The position numbers and the translations under genes were made by a program. A stretch of DNA of 64,000 bases from an uncultured Candidatus Saccharibacteria bacterium. GTDB taxonomy: Bacteria; Patescibacteriota; Minisyncoccia; UBA6257; 02-FULL-45-10c. Where the stretch lies: assembly GCA_964355085.1 (NCBI GenBank), contig CAYHBW010000002.1:6-64005 (forward strand), read 5' to 3'. This document shows, piece by piece, positions 48,845 through 58,300 of this stretch. Each line of letters opens with the position of its first letter. Position 1 is the stretch's first letter. The notes below the pieces were generated by a model. It saw only the letters and a list, made by a program, of their open reading frames with translations. It was not told where the DNA came from and searched no databases.

Positions 48845-49675
48845 ATGAATAAGTCTTCAGATATTCAGAAAAAGGACGGGAAAACTTCCTGGGGCAAGGT
48901 GGCCGGCTGGTATGACAAGATGGTTGAGGGAGAAGGCAATTATCAGTCCGGGCTCATACTGCCGAATCTGTTGAGGATCCTGGATATAAAGAAGGGGATG
49001 ATTATGATCGATGTCGCTTGCGGGCAGGGATTTTTTTCCCGTGAATTTGCGAAATCGGGTGCCAGAGTTTACGGATCGGATATCGCGCCGGAATTGATAA
49101 AGCTTGCCGAGAAAAATACTCCGCCGTCGCTCCGTCCGAAAATAACCTATCAGACCTCTCCGTCGGACAACCTTTCTTTCATCAAGTCCGGGAGCGTTGA
49201 CGCGGTGGTGATAGTTCTTGCTTTGCAGAATATAGAAAAAGTGAAGGAAACGATTTCAGAATGTTTCCGCGTTTCGAAATCCGGCGGCCGGCTCGTACTG
49301 GTTCTCAATCATCCGGCATTCCGGATTCCGAAAGAATCCAGCTGGGGCTGGGATGCTACGGCAGAACTCAAGACTGGCGTCAAAGGAGTCCAGTATCGAA
49401 GGATTGACCGGTATCTTTCCGAGTCCAGCACAAAAATCCAGATGCATCCTTCGACAAGTTCAGGACAAGTCCCGGTGGCCGGAGAATTTACTATTTCTTT
49501 TCATCGACCACTGCAGTTTTATTTCAAAGTTCTGGCGAAGAATAATTTCCTGGTGAGCAGATTCGAGGAGTGGACTTCCAACCGGGTCAGCGAGAAGGGC
49601 CCGCGTTCTGAAGCCGAAGATCGCGCTCGCAAGGAGATCCCGCTTTTTCTTTGCATCGAGGCGGTCAAGAAATAA
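48845..49675 (+). CDS. Class I SAM-dependent methyltransferase
   Basis: DVACGQG, G.DI, NHP.F and FHRPL. Confidence 0.9.
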   Translation: MNKSSDIQKKDGKTSWGKVAGWYDKMVEGEGNYQSGLILPNLLRILDIKKGMIMIDVACGQGFFSREFAKSGARVYGSDIAPELIKLAEKNTPPSLRPKITYQTSPSDNLSFIKSGSVDAVVIVLALQNIEKVKETISECFRVSKSGGRLVLVLNHPAFRIPKESSWGWDATAELKTGVKGVQYRRIDRYLSESSTKIQMHPSTSSGQVPVAGEFTISFHRPLQFYFKVLAKNNFLVSRFEEWTSNRVSEKGPRSEAEDRARKEIPLFLCIEAVKK

Positions 49676-49791
49676 TCCCACGCATAACGAGGACAGTTAA
49701 TATTTATCAATAATGAAAATTTTCTATTATATGGTCTTAAATAAAAAGTTGGAAGTCGTTAATCCGGGTTGCGCAGAGCGCAGTCCTCGTC

Positions 49792-51453
49792 ATGCGTGGG
49801 ATGTCTAAAAAAGATATTCTGTTTTATATTTTGATCGCTGCCGCAATTTTGCGACTTTGGGGGCTTTCTTCCGGCGATACTGTCAGTGACGAAGTTTTCA
49901 TGGGTTTTCGCGGACTCGGAATGATCGACTTTGATGAGGCGGCTGTTCAGACCACTCCGTGGGAATGGTGGGGTTCAGATCGTCCATGGTGGACGAATCT
50001 TTCCATGCACGATCATCCATGGGGCGTTCCTTTGGTCCAGAATCTTTCCATGAGAGTGTTCGGAGACAATAATTTCGGGATGCGTTTCCCATCCGCTGTC
50101 CTTGGAATCGGTTCGGTATATTTGCTTTATAAAATCGGACTTCTGCTGTATTCGCAGGAAGTCGGATTGATTGCCGCAGGACTTCTGGCTGTAACTGTGA
50201 ATGGCGTGTATATATCCAGAATCGGTCTTCAGGAAAGTTATGCGATCTTTGCAATTTTGCTCGGATTATATTATTTTTTGAAATCACTGCGGGATCCGAA
50301 ATATCTGCTTTGGGTCGGCGCGATAATCGGAATCGGGTCGGAATTCAAATACAATGTCCTTATTTTGGCGCCGATTTTTATTTTTTATCTTGCGCTTTTT
50401 CAACGGAATTATTTCCGGAACCGGTATCTTTGGCAGGGGATAATTGCGGCCATTATATTCTTCAGTCCGACGCTCATATATAATTTTGAACTTTACCGGG
50501 TAGTCGGTCATTTCGATTTTCAATTCTCGCATATTTTCGGACAGCGTCCTGACGTCTGGCAGGTTGCGCCGGGAAAGGAGATCGGAAGTCTTTCGGATAG
50601 GTTGATAAATTTTCTTCCCCGATTGGTCAACAGCAATTCTTGGATGTTTTTATCTCTTTGTGCCTTCAGTGTTATTTCGTTTCTCGGTTTATTGGTGAGA
50701 GGTGGGAAAGAAGTTTTAATTAGGCATCGCATGCTAATCATTTCGACTTTATCTGTTCTTATATTATTGGCATTCATCGGTCCTTCTTACCGGTTTCTCA
50801 CCATGCTTTCGCCGTTCATGGCGCTTGCTGTCGGGATATTTTTGCCCGCATTTTTGCATCGCGACGGAAATATTCCTAAAATATTTTTTATTGCAGTGCT
50901 GTGTTTTGAAATATTTTATTCCGTGAATAATCAGATTTTGGATTACCCGCTCGGTCCCAATCCCTGGCTGGCTTCAAATGTTCGGTATGAAAATTATAAT
51001 TGGGGTTATAATGAGCTTTCCGGATATCTGGAAGAAGAGTTTTACGGCAGAATGCCGGCTGTCACCTTTGATGTGAAGTATGGATTTTTGGAAGATCTCC
51101 GCAAAAAGGCGCTGGACGAAGGTCTGGCGGTAAGGGCGGAATTATATCCGGCATTGGTCGTCTATGAAGGGAATTTTGATGGAGGCGCGAAGCTTTGGGT
51201 TCTGGACAAACTTCATGTTTATCGTGCTTGGCCGATAATCAGTCTGCAGACATATCTGGATTACTTAGCGGAAAACGGTCAGGATTATGTGGAAAAAAGC
51301 GGTTTCCGGATAGTTTATTTCATTCAAAAGACCAATTGGGTTGCGCCTTATGATCTTGGCGTTCTGACGTCCGGAGCGGAGCGGAGTATTTACAACAGGC
51401 GTGGAGATGAGGTATTCAAGGTATACAAGCTTAATCTAACAAATAATAAATAA
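49792..51453 (+). CDS. GT-C fold glycosyltransferase (GT39/ArnT-like)
   Basis: DE, DHP, R.PS..LG and multiple TMs; alternative start 49801. Confidence 0.82.
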   Translation: MRGMSKKDILFYILIAAAILRLWGLSSGDTVSDEVFMGFRGLGMIDFDEAAVQTTPWEWWGSDRPWWTNLSMHDHPWGVPLVQNLSMRVFGDNNFGMRFPSAVLGIGSVYLLYKIGLLLYSQEVGLIAAGLLAVTVNGVYISRIGLQESYAIFAILLGLYYFLKSLRDPKYLLWVGAIIGIGSEFKYNVLILAPIFIFYLALFQRNYFRNRYLWQGIIAAIIFFSPTLIYNFELYRVVGHFDFQFSHIFGQRPDVWQVAPGKEIGSLSDRLINFLPRLVNSNSWMFLSLCAFSVISFLGLLVRGGKEVLIRHRMLIISTLSVLILLAFIGPSYRFLTMLSPFMALAVGIFLPAFLHRDGNIPKIFFIAVLCFEIFYSVNNQILDYPLGPNPWLASNVRYENYNWGYNELSGYLEEEFYGRMPAVTFDVKYGFLEDLRKKALDEGLAVRAELYPALVVYEGNFDGGAKLWVLDKLHVYRAWPIISLQTYLDYLAENGQDYVEKSGFRIVYFIQKTNWVAPYDLGVLTSGAERSIYNRRGDEVFKVYKLNLTNNK

Positions 51454-51526
51454 GAACCAAAGAACGGAGAAACCGAAGAACTAAATAACTAAAGAACTAA
51501 AGAACTAATCATCAAAACCTACCTCA

Positions 51527-52663
51527 ATGATTCAATTCAAGATACTTAAAAAGTCCAAAAAAAGCCGCGCCCGTCTCGGTATTTTGAAGACTCCTCACGG
51601 CGAGGTTGAAACTCCGGCATTTGTTCCGGTGGCTACCCAGGCGGCCATCAAGGCCCTGACCAACGATCAGGTACTGAAGACCAATCCGCAGATTTTTATC
51701 GCCAATACTTTCCATCTCGCTATCCGTCCCGGGGAAAAAGTCGTGAAAGCCGGCGGGGGATTGCAGAAATTCATGAATATGCCGAAGCCATTCATGACTG
51801 ACTCCGGGGGATTCCAGGTTTTCAGTCTTGGATTCGGAAGGGATTTCGGAACCGGGAAAATCCTCAAGCAAAAATCTGAAGAGCAGATACATCACGGTCA
51901 GCAGCCGAAACTTCTGAAGATTTCCGATGACGGAGTGGAATTCCGCGCTTATACTGACGGCAGGAAGATGTTTTTGGGTCCGAAGGAATCCATAAAGATC
52001 CAGGAGTCGCTCGGTGCGGATATCATCCTTGCTTTTGACGAATGCACTTCGCCAATCGCGGACTATGAATACACGAAAAAATCATTGGAAAAAACCCATC
52101 GCTGGGCCAAGATCTGTCTTGATGTGAAAAAATCCAAACAAGCGCTTTACGGCATAGTCCAGGGTGGGAAATTCAAGGACTTGAGGATTGAAAGCGCCAA
52201 ATTCATCGGCTCTCTGCCGTTCGACGGATTCGCCATTGGCGGGGAATTCGGCGATGAGAAAAAGATAATGTCCAAGATGCTCCGCTGGGTCAATGCCGAA
52301 CTGCCGGAGGACAAGCCGCGCCATCTTCTCGGCATAGGATATCTGGAAGATATGCCGAAAATAATCGCCGAAGGAGTGGATACTTTCGATTGCATCGTAC
52401 CGACCCATTACGCGCGCCGCGGGGTGGCTTTTACGTCAAAAGGGAAGCTGGATCTTTATGACGCGAAGCTTCTGAAGGATTTCCGTCCGCTTGATCCGAA
52501 TTGCGGTTGCGATGTCTGCAAAAATCATACTAGGAGCTATATCTGTCATCTGATGAAAGCAAAGGAGATTGCTCCGTTGAGCTTACTTACCTTTCATAAC
52601 CTTCATTATTTCAATGCCTATGTCGCCAAGCTCCGAGAAGATATCCGGAAAGGCAGATTATGA
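51527..52663 (+). CDS. tgt: tRNA-guanine transglycosylase
   Basis: TDSGGFQVFSL, FDEC, GIVQGG, PRHLLG, DTFDC, C.C..C and HNL. Confidence 0.97.
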   Translation: MIQFKILKKSKKSRARLGILKTPHGEVETPAFVPVATQAAIKALTNDQVLKTNPQIFIANTFHLAIRPGEKVVKAGGGLQKFMNMPKPFMTDSGGFQVFSLGFGRDFGTGKILKQKSEEQIHHGQQPKLLKISDDGVEFRAYTDGRKMFLGPKESIKIQESLGADIILAFDECTSPIADYEYTKKSLEKTHRWAKICLDVKKSKQALYGIVQGGKFKDLRIESAKFIGSLPFDGFAIGGEFGDEKKIMSKMLRWVNAELPEDKPRHLLGIGYLEDMPKIIAEGVDTFDCIVPTHYARRGVAFTSKGKLDLYDAKLLKDFRPLDPNCGCDVCKNHTRSYICHLMKAKEIAPLSLLTFHNLHYFNAYVAKLREDIRKGRL

Positions 52664-53721
52664 TGAATTTGGAGAAACTGCTGGAAAAGTATGATTATGA
52701 ATTTCCGGAAGAGCTGATTGCACGGAAGCCGGCTTCGCCGAGGGAAAGCGCCCGGCTTTTGATATATGACCGGAGCTTCGGGAAGACGAAATACGGAACA
52801 TTCCGCAATCTTCCCGATTATCTTCCGCGAAACTCCGTCTTGGTTTTCAACCGGACAAAGGTCCTTCCGGCGAGACTTGTCGTTTCCAAGCCGACCGGCG
52901 GCAAAGTGAGGGTGATCTATCTTTCCGCCGAAGGCGGTCTCATCAAAGTAATGGCTGACCGGAAAATAGAAACCGGATCTGATCTGTCTCTTGCCGGTAA
53001 AATATCTTTCCGCGTCATGAGTCAGGCGGAAAAATTTTATTATCTGAAGCCGTCCTTCCCGATTTCCAAGCTTTTCGGGATTTTGGAAAAATACGGAATA
53101 ACCCCGATCCCGCCATATATTAAAGATTCTCCATTGAACGAGAGTGAATTACGGGAGAAATATCAGGCGGTTTTTGCGAAAGATCGCGGATCAGTGGCTG
53201 CTCCGACAGCTTCTCTGCATTTTTCCAAAAAACTTCTGGAGGGTTTGAAAAAATCCGGGGTAAGGATGAAGTTCGTGACTTTGCATGTCGGCCTGGGGAC
53301 TTTCGCGCCTTTGACTGAAGAAAATATCCGATCCGGAAAGCTTCATGGGGAATACTATGAGATAAGCCGGAAAGACGCCGTATTTTTGAATCGGGCAAAG
53401 GACAATGGAGCCAGCATAATCGCCGTGGGTACTACAGTGGCGCGGACCTTGGAATCCGCATCCGACGGTTCCGCAAAATTGAGAAAACTTTCCGGCTCGA
53501 CGGACATTTTCATCCGCAATGGATATCGGTTCGGTTTTGTCGACGGGTTGATCACGAATTTCCATGTCCCGAAATCGAGTCTGATGATGCTTGTTTCGGC
53601 CTTCATCGGCAGGAAGAATCTTCTGTCCTTGTATGGAGAGGCGATAAAGAGGAAATTCCGGCTTTTTTCATTCGGAGACGGAATGCTTTTGCTGCCTGAT
53701 GGCCGCCGAGCCCAAGATTGA
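52660..53721 (+). CDS. queA: S-adenosylmethionine:tRNA ribosyltransferase-isomerase
   Basis: PPYI, GSVAAPTASLHF, TLHVGLGTF, TNFH.PKS and FSFGDGM. Confidence 0.97.
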   Translation: MMNLEKLLEKYDYEFPEELIARKPASPRESARLLIYDRSFGKTKYGTFRNLPDYLPRNSVLVFNRTKVLPARLVVSKPTGGKVRVIYLSAEGGLIKVMADRKIETGSDLSLAGKISFRVMSQAEKFYYLKPSFPISKLFGILEKYGITPIPPYIKDSPLNESELREKYQAVFAKDRGSVAAPTASLHFSKKLLEGLKKSGVRMKFVTLHVGLGTFAPLTEENIRSGKLHGEYYEISRKDAVFLNRAKDNGASIIAVGTTVARTLESASDGSAKLRKLSGSTDIFIRNGYRFGFVDGLITNFHVPKSSLMMLVSAFIGRKNLLSLYGEAIKRKFRLFSFGDGMLLLPDGRRAQD

Positions 53722-53774
53722 TTTAACCGGTTTTCGGGGTTAATCTGTAGTCAGTTGTTTGTATCGGGGAAATC

Positions 53775-54206
53775 ATGAATTTCCCGGAAATAAATATTGA
53801 TGATTGGCTGTTGATTTCCGAAGACCCGCTTTGGATTGATTTCAATAGCGGGATACAGAAGCCGGCCGGCAGGAGCTTTCTCTATGAGAAAAAAACCAAC
53901 AAGGGATCCGATTTCCGGCAATTTCTGATTTGGTATGACGTATATGGGCGCGGCGTTTCAGCCGCTTCATGGACGCTTGCCGAATTCAGAAACGGGAAAG
54001 CCGTCGGAATCAAAATCGTCTCGCAAATTTTGAAAGACGGCAAGTGGGTATCTGGGATATTGAATCAAAGAGTGATTTTCCGCATGTGGATCGACGGAGA
54101 GAGCGGAAAATTCTGCGGCCTTAAAATTCGTCTCCAGACCGCGCCGAATATTTTTACGGAAGTCTGCCTGCGGAAATGCGCCGGTGATCCGGATGCTGGG
54201 AAATAA
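53775..54206 (+). CDS. Hypothetical protein
   Basis: 143-aa ORF, no motif recognised. Confidence 0.5.
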   Translation: MNFPEINIDDWLLISEDPLWIDFNSGIQKPAGRSFLYEKKTNKGSDFRQFLIWYDVYGRGVSAASWTLAEFRNGKAVGIKIVSQILKDGKWVSGILNQRVIFRMWIDGESGKFCGLKIRLQTAPNIFTEVCLRKCAGDPDAGK

Positions 54207-54579
54207 AATACCGGATTTCAATCTTCTCCCGTGGAGAAAGAACAGGACTGCCGACCTTGCCGCCGTCGACGGAACGATTGTCGGGGAATATGCGGTATAT
54301 ATCAATGAGCGGACCGGCGATTCCGGAGTGCGTATCGAGATTGATGCGGCCGGTTATCCGGTTTTGGCCTGGGAGAAAGCGCTGATTTACGGCGGAAAGG
54401 AGATAAAAATCAGATATGTAGCGCATCGGGAAGATGGTGTCTGGCGGCTTATACGCGTAAAAAACAATTATCCGGTCAGGGTTATCCGCGAAGTCTCCTT
54501 GTCGGGTATAAAAGTGACTATGTATTTCGATCTCGTAATAAAAGGCGAGGCGGATATAAGCGTTTTAATGAGACTTTGA
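54193..54579 (+). CDS. Hypothetical protein
   Basis: Overlaps the previous stop and is followed by the hairpin aaccccg-ttttta-cggggtt. Confidence 0.5.
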   Translation: MLGNKIPDFNLLPWRKNRTADLAAVDGTIVGEYAVYINERTGDSGVRIEIDAAGYPVLAWEKALIYGGKEIKIRYVAHREDGVWRLIRVKNNYPVRVIREVSLSGIKVTMYFDLVIKGEADISVLMRL

Positions 54580-54650
54580 ACCCCGTTTTTACGGGGTTTT
54601 TGATTCTGTCGGAGTTTTGGTCGGATATGGAAAAGCTGTATAATAAGTAT

Positions 54651-55946
54651 ATGAAAAAGTACCTTATGCTCTCTGTTTTTCTGCCGGGTCTGTTTTTTTA
54701 CAATCAGGCATCGGCGAAGATTGACGAATCCGTCCTGCTAGCCCAGGCCGCTGAAGTGACGATAGAAGATCTCGGCATTGCGGACGCGGGTCTTCTGCCG
54801 ACCAACCCATTCTATTTTTTCAAGGAATTAGGCCGTTCGTTCAGGCGATTGACGACTTTCGATCCTGTTGCCAGGGCCGGATTGGAACTCCGTATCGTGA
54901 ATGAAAAGGCCGCAGAATTGAAGATGGTTGAGCAATTAAGCGGCGGCAATCAGGTTGCGGTCGCGAAAGCGATCAGGAATTATCGAGACAACCAGGCGAG
55001 ACTCAAGGAAGAGTTTAGCGCTTTGGAGGCAAACATCGACGGTCCGGATGCGGAAAAACTTTTTTCCGATCTGGCGGACAGAGCGGTAAAACATGAAAAA
55101 TTATTCGATTCCCTCGGTCAGAAATTTAGCGGTGACGAGGAAATAAAGGATCTGACGGAATCGGCAAAGGGTCTTCTGGAGCAGTCCGTATCCGAAGCGG
55201 CATCAAAAGACGATCCGAAAAAATTTGCGGAAAAGCTCAAAAAATCCCTGGAAGATTCGGATGGAGGCGACCTTAAAAACGCCCATTCAGCGGAGATAAT
55301 CGGGAGATTCGAAGGGGATGTTGACGGAGATATCTGGAAGGAGTTGGATGATATAAGAAAGGAATTTTCAAATCAGGCCCGGGAGGATATCGAGGGTCTT
55401 CTGGAGGAGAAAAGCGTTCCGGAGCTGGAGTCTCTTCTGAAGGAATTTCCGGATTCATCGAAAAAAACCGAGATAGGAGAGAAGATATTCTGGAAGCAGA
55501 AGGAGGAATTGAAATCAGGATTAGCGCCTCTTCCTGTAACGTTGCCTCCGGAGGCGGCGTTCCGCGCGGAAATCGCCGTTTGCAGCCAGATCGGCAAGAG
55601 TCTCGATGAAGTCTGGGATTTTTTCAAGGCAGGACGTATTACGGAGCAGGAGTATGTCCAGAAATATGAGGTTCTTAAAAGGCAATTCGCCAACTGCGAG
55701 GCCGCAAGTCAGGTTGCGCCGTCTGTGATCAAAAATCCTGTAGAATCTGGCGGTTCTGCGATATGTGCGGATAATTTCGATCCGGTTTGCGGAATGGATG
55801 GCAGGACTTATCCCAATGAATGTATAGCCAAGGGTTCCGGAATCCCGATCCGATATGAGTGGGAATGTCCGCCTGAGGAAAAAACTGTTGATTTGAAATC
55901 TGAAACAGTTCCGATCAAGGATGCGGATATTGACGGGACTGAATGA
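54651..55946 (+). CDS. Exported DUF5667-type protein with a C-terminal Kazal-like domain
   Basis: Signal peptide; GLLPTNPFYF.K; C...DPVCG.DG.TY.NEC...C. Confidence 0.75.
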   Translation: MKKYLMLSVFLPGLFFYNQASAKIDESVLLAQAAEVTIEDLGIADAGLLPTNPFYFFKELGRSFRRLTTFDPVARAGLELRIVNEKAAELKMVEQLSGGNQVAVAKAIRNYRDNQARLKEEFSALEANIDGPDAEKLFSDLADRAVKHEKLFDSLGQKFSGDEEIKDLTESAKGLLEQSVSEAASKDDPKKFAEKLKKSLEDSDGGDLKNAHSAEIIGRFEGDVDGDIWKELDDIRKEFSNQAREDIEGLLEEKSVPELESLLKEFPDSSKKTEIGEKIFWKQKEELKSGLAPLPVTLPPEAAFRAEIAVCSQIGKSLDEVWDFFKAGRITEQEYVQKYEVLKRQFANCEAASQVAPSVIKNPVESGGSAICADNFDPVCGMDGRTYPNECIAKGSGIPIRYEWECPPEEKTVDLKSETVPIKDADIDGTE

Positions 55947-55947
55947 T

Positions 55948-56652
55948 ATGAAAATTCCATGGAAGGATAAATCTTCTTTTTTCTGTTTCACGCCGGAAGT
56001 GATGCTGGTGACTTTCGTAGCCGAATTTCTCATCGCCGCCTACGCCTATTTGAGATTCCGGGGGACTTTATTCGGAAAACTTTCCATACTCATTCTTTTG
56101 TTGCTCGGCTCTTTCCAATTTGCTGAATATCGGATTTGTACCGGTGATAATATGATTTTTTGGGCCCGCCTCGGTTTTATCATCATCACGCTGCTTCCGC
56201 CGCTCGGAATACATCTTGTTTCCATAGTCACCGGCAACCGTAATTTCCTTAGATTCGCTTATACGCTTGCCGGAGTTTTCATCCTGATTTTCGCATTTGT
56301 TCCGAGATCCATAACCGGAGGAGTTTGCGGAGGAAATTACATAATTTTCAGCACGGCGCAGGAGCTTTATTGGACTTACGGAGTTTATTATTTAGGCTTG
56401 TTGTTCATCGGCATTTTTGACGCTCTGGGAAAATTGAAAGGCGATCGGCCTTGGGAAAACAAGAATGCCAATGTTCTTCTCTGGATGATTCTCGGATATT
56501 TCTCCTTCATGGTTCCGATGGGGTTGACTTACTTCATATTCCCGGAAACTGCGATGGCGGTCGCTTCCGTGATGTGCGGATTTGCGCTGACATTTGCGTT
56601 TATCCTCGGTTTCATAATAGCCAAAAAATATGATGAAATTCACAAGTCATAG
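55948..56652 (+). CDS. Stand-alone 7-TM membrane protein (HisKA N-terminal 7TM-like)
   Basis: CFTP, FQ.AEY..C, LPPLG.H and SVMCGFA; no cytoplasmic domain. Confidence 0.65.
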   Translation: MKIPWKDKSSFFCFTPEVMLVTFVAEFLIAAYAYLRFRGTLFGKLSILILLLLGSFQFAEYRICTGDNMIFWARLGFIIITLLPPLGIHLVSIVTGNRNFLRFAYTLAGVFILIFAFVPRSITGGVCGGNYIIFSTAQELYWTYGVYYLGLLFIGIFDALGKLKGDRPWENKNANVLLWMILGYFSFMVPMGLTYFIFPETAMAVASVMCGFALTFAFILGFIIAKKYDEIHKS

Positions 56653-58297
56653 CGAGGATATCAAAAAGCTCATCAAAGGAGATGTCTGGTCTGATGATGC
56701 GACACGCGTTAAGTACAGCCGCGATGCCAGTCTTTTCGAGGTCCGTCCGGAAATAGTCGTGGCGCCTAAAGACGTCGAGGACATCCAGAATCTTATCGCG
56801 TATGCCGCCGGGAAAAAGGAAAAAAGGGAGGATATTTCTCTCACAGCCAGATGCGGAGGGACGGATATGAGCGGCGGACCGTTGAGTGAGTCCATAGTCT
56901 TGGATTTCACGAAGTATTTCAACCGCATAAAGAATATCAGTAATTTTTCCGCGGCAGTGGAGCCGGGAGTTTACTATCGTGATTTCGAGAAGGAGACTCT
57001 CAAACAGGGGCTCATTCTTCCCACTTACCCCGCATCCAAGGAAATCTGCGCGCTCGGAGGAATGGTTGCGAACAATTCCGGAGGCGAGCAGACTCCGGCT
57101 TACGGGAAGACCGAAGATTACGTATATGAATTGAAGGTTATTTTAGGAGACGGGAAGGAATATATCATAAAGCCGCTTTCAAGGGCGGAGCTGAACAAGA
57201 AGATATCCGATGGCGGCCATATCGGTCGTATTTACGGGAAAATATATGATCTGATAAGAAGAAACGATAAGATCATCAGAGCGGCCAAGCCGGATGTGGT
57301 GAAAAATTCTGCCGGATATTCCCTTTGGAATATCTGGGATGCTTCGGCGAACTCCGGACAAGGCGTTTTCGATCTGACCAAGCTGTTTGTCGGATCGCAG
57401 GGGACCCTGGGGATAATCACCGATATCAAGGTCCGGCTTGTCCGTCCTAAGAAATATTCAAAATTAGTGGTAGTTTTTTTGCGGAACATGAAATCATTGA
57501 TGGAAGTGGTCAATGTCATACGCGGTCTGAAGCCGGAAAGCTTCGAGTCTTATGACGACAATACCCTTAAATTGGCGATCCGATTCATCCCCGATCTTAT
57601 AAGGATCCTGAAGCCGAAAAATATCCTTAAGCTTGCCTGGGAATTCCTTCCGGAGGCCGGAATGCTGTTGACGGGGGGACTGCCGAAGCTGGTTATTCTT
57701 GCGCAGTTTACAGGAGATTCCGAGGAGGAAGTTACGGGCAGATCGGAAAAAGCGGTCAAGGAAATACGCGCCATGAAGGTCAAATGCCGGCTTATTTCCG
57801 ATCGGGAGGAGGCGGAAAAATATTGGGTCATCCGGCGCGAAAGCTTCAATCTTCTCCGGAAGCATGTCAAAGATAAGCGGACTGCTCCGTTCATAGACGA
57901 TTTCATAGTCCGGGCGGAGAAATTGCCGGAATTTTTGCCGGAATTGAACCGGATACTGGGGAAATACGATATTTTTTATACCATCGCTGGGCATATAGGG
58001 GACGGAAATTTCCATATCATCCCCCTGATGAATCTGGCCGACCCGCGTTCCAAGGAAATAATCCGGAAGCTTTCCGATGAAGTTTACTCCCTTGTTCTGC
58101 ATTATAAGGGCTCAATAACCGCTGAACATAATGACGGACTGATACGCACTCCTTATCTGGAGAAGATGTACGGAAAGGAGGTCTGCGCGTTATTTTCGGA
58201 AACGAAGAAAATCTTCGATCCGCTGAATATATTCAACCCCGGCAAGAAAGTCGGCGGGGATTTGAATTACGCATTCAACCACCTTATCAAATCCTGA
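56630..58297 (+). CDS. FAD-binding oxidoreductase (GlcD/D-lactate dehydrogenase-like)
   Basis: YSRDAS, GGT..SG, GGMVANN, GSQGTLG, GH.GDGNFH, EH.DG and FNPGK. Confidence 0.9.
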   Translation: MMKFTSHSEDIKKLIKGDVWSDDATRVKYSRDASLFEVRPEIVVAPKDVEDIQNLIAYAAGKKEKREDISLTARCGGTDMSGGPLSESIVLDFTKYFNRIKNISNFSAAVEPGVYYRDFEKETLKQGLILPTYPASKEICALGGMVANNSGGEQTPAYGKTEDYVYELKVILGDGKEYIIKPLSRAELNKKISDGGHIGRIYGKIYDLIRRNDKIIRAAKPDVVKNSAGYSLWNIWDASANSGQGVFDLTKLFVGSQGTLGIITDIKVRLVRPKKYSKLVVVFLRNMKSLMEVVNVIRGLKPESFESYDDNTLKLAIRFIPDLIRILKPKNILKLAWEFLPEAGMLLTGGLPKLVILAQFTGDSEEEVTGRSEKAVKEIRAMKVKCRLISDREEAEKYWVIRRESFNLLRKHVKDKRTAPFIDDFIVRAEKLPEFLPELNRILGKYDIFYTIAGHIGDGNFHIIPLMNLADPRSKEIIRKLSDEVYSLVLHYKGSITAEHNDGLIRTPYLEKMYGKEVCALFSETKKIFDPLNIFNPGKKVGGDLNYAFNHLIKS

Positions 58298-58300
58298 TCT

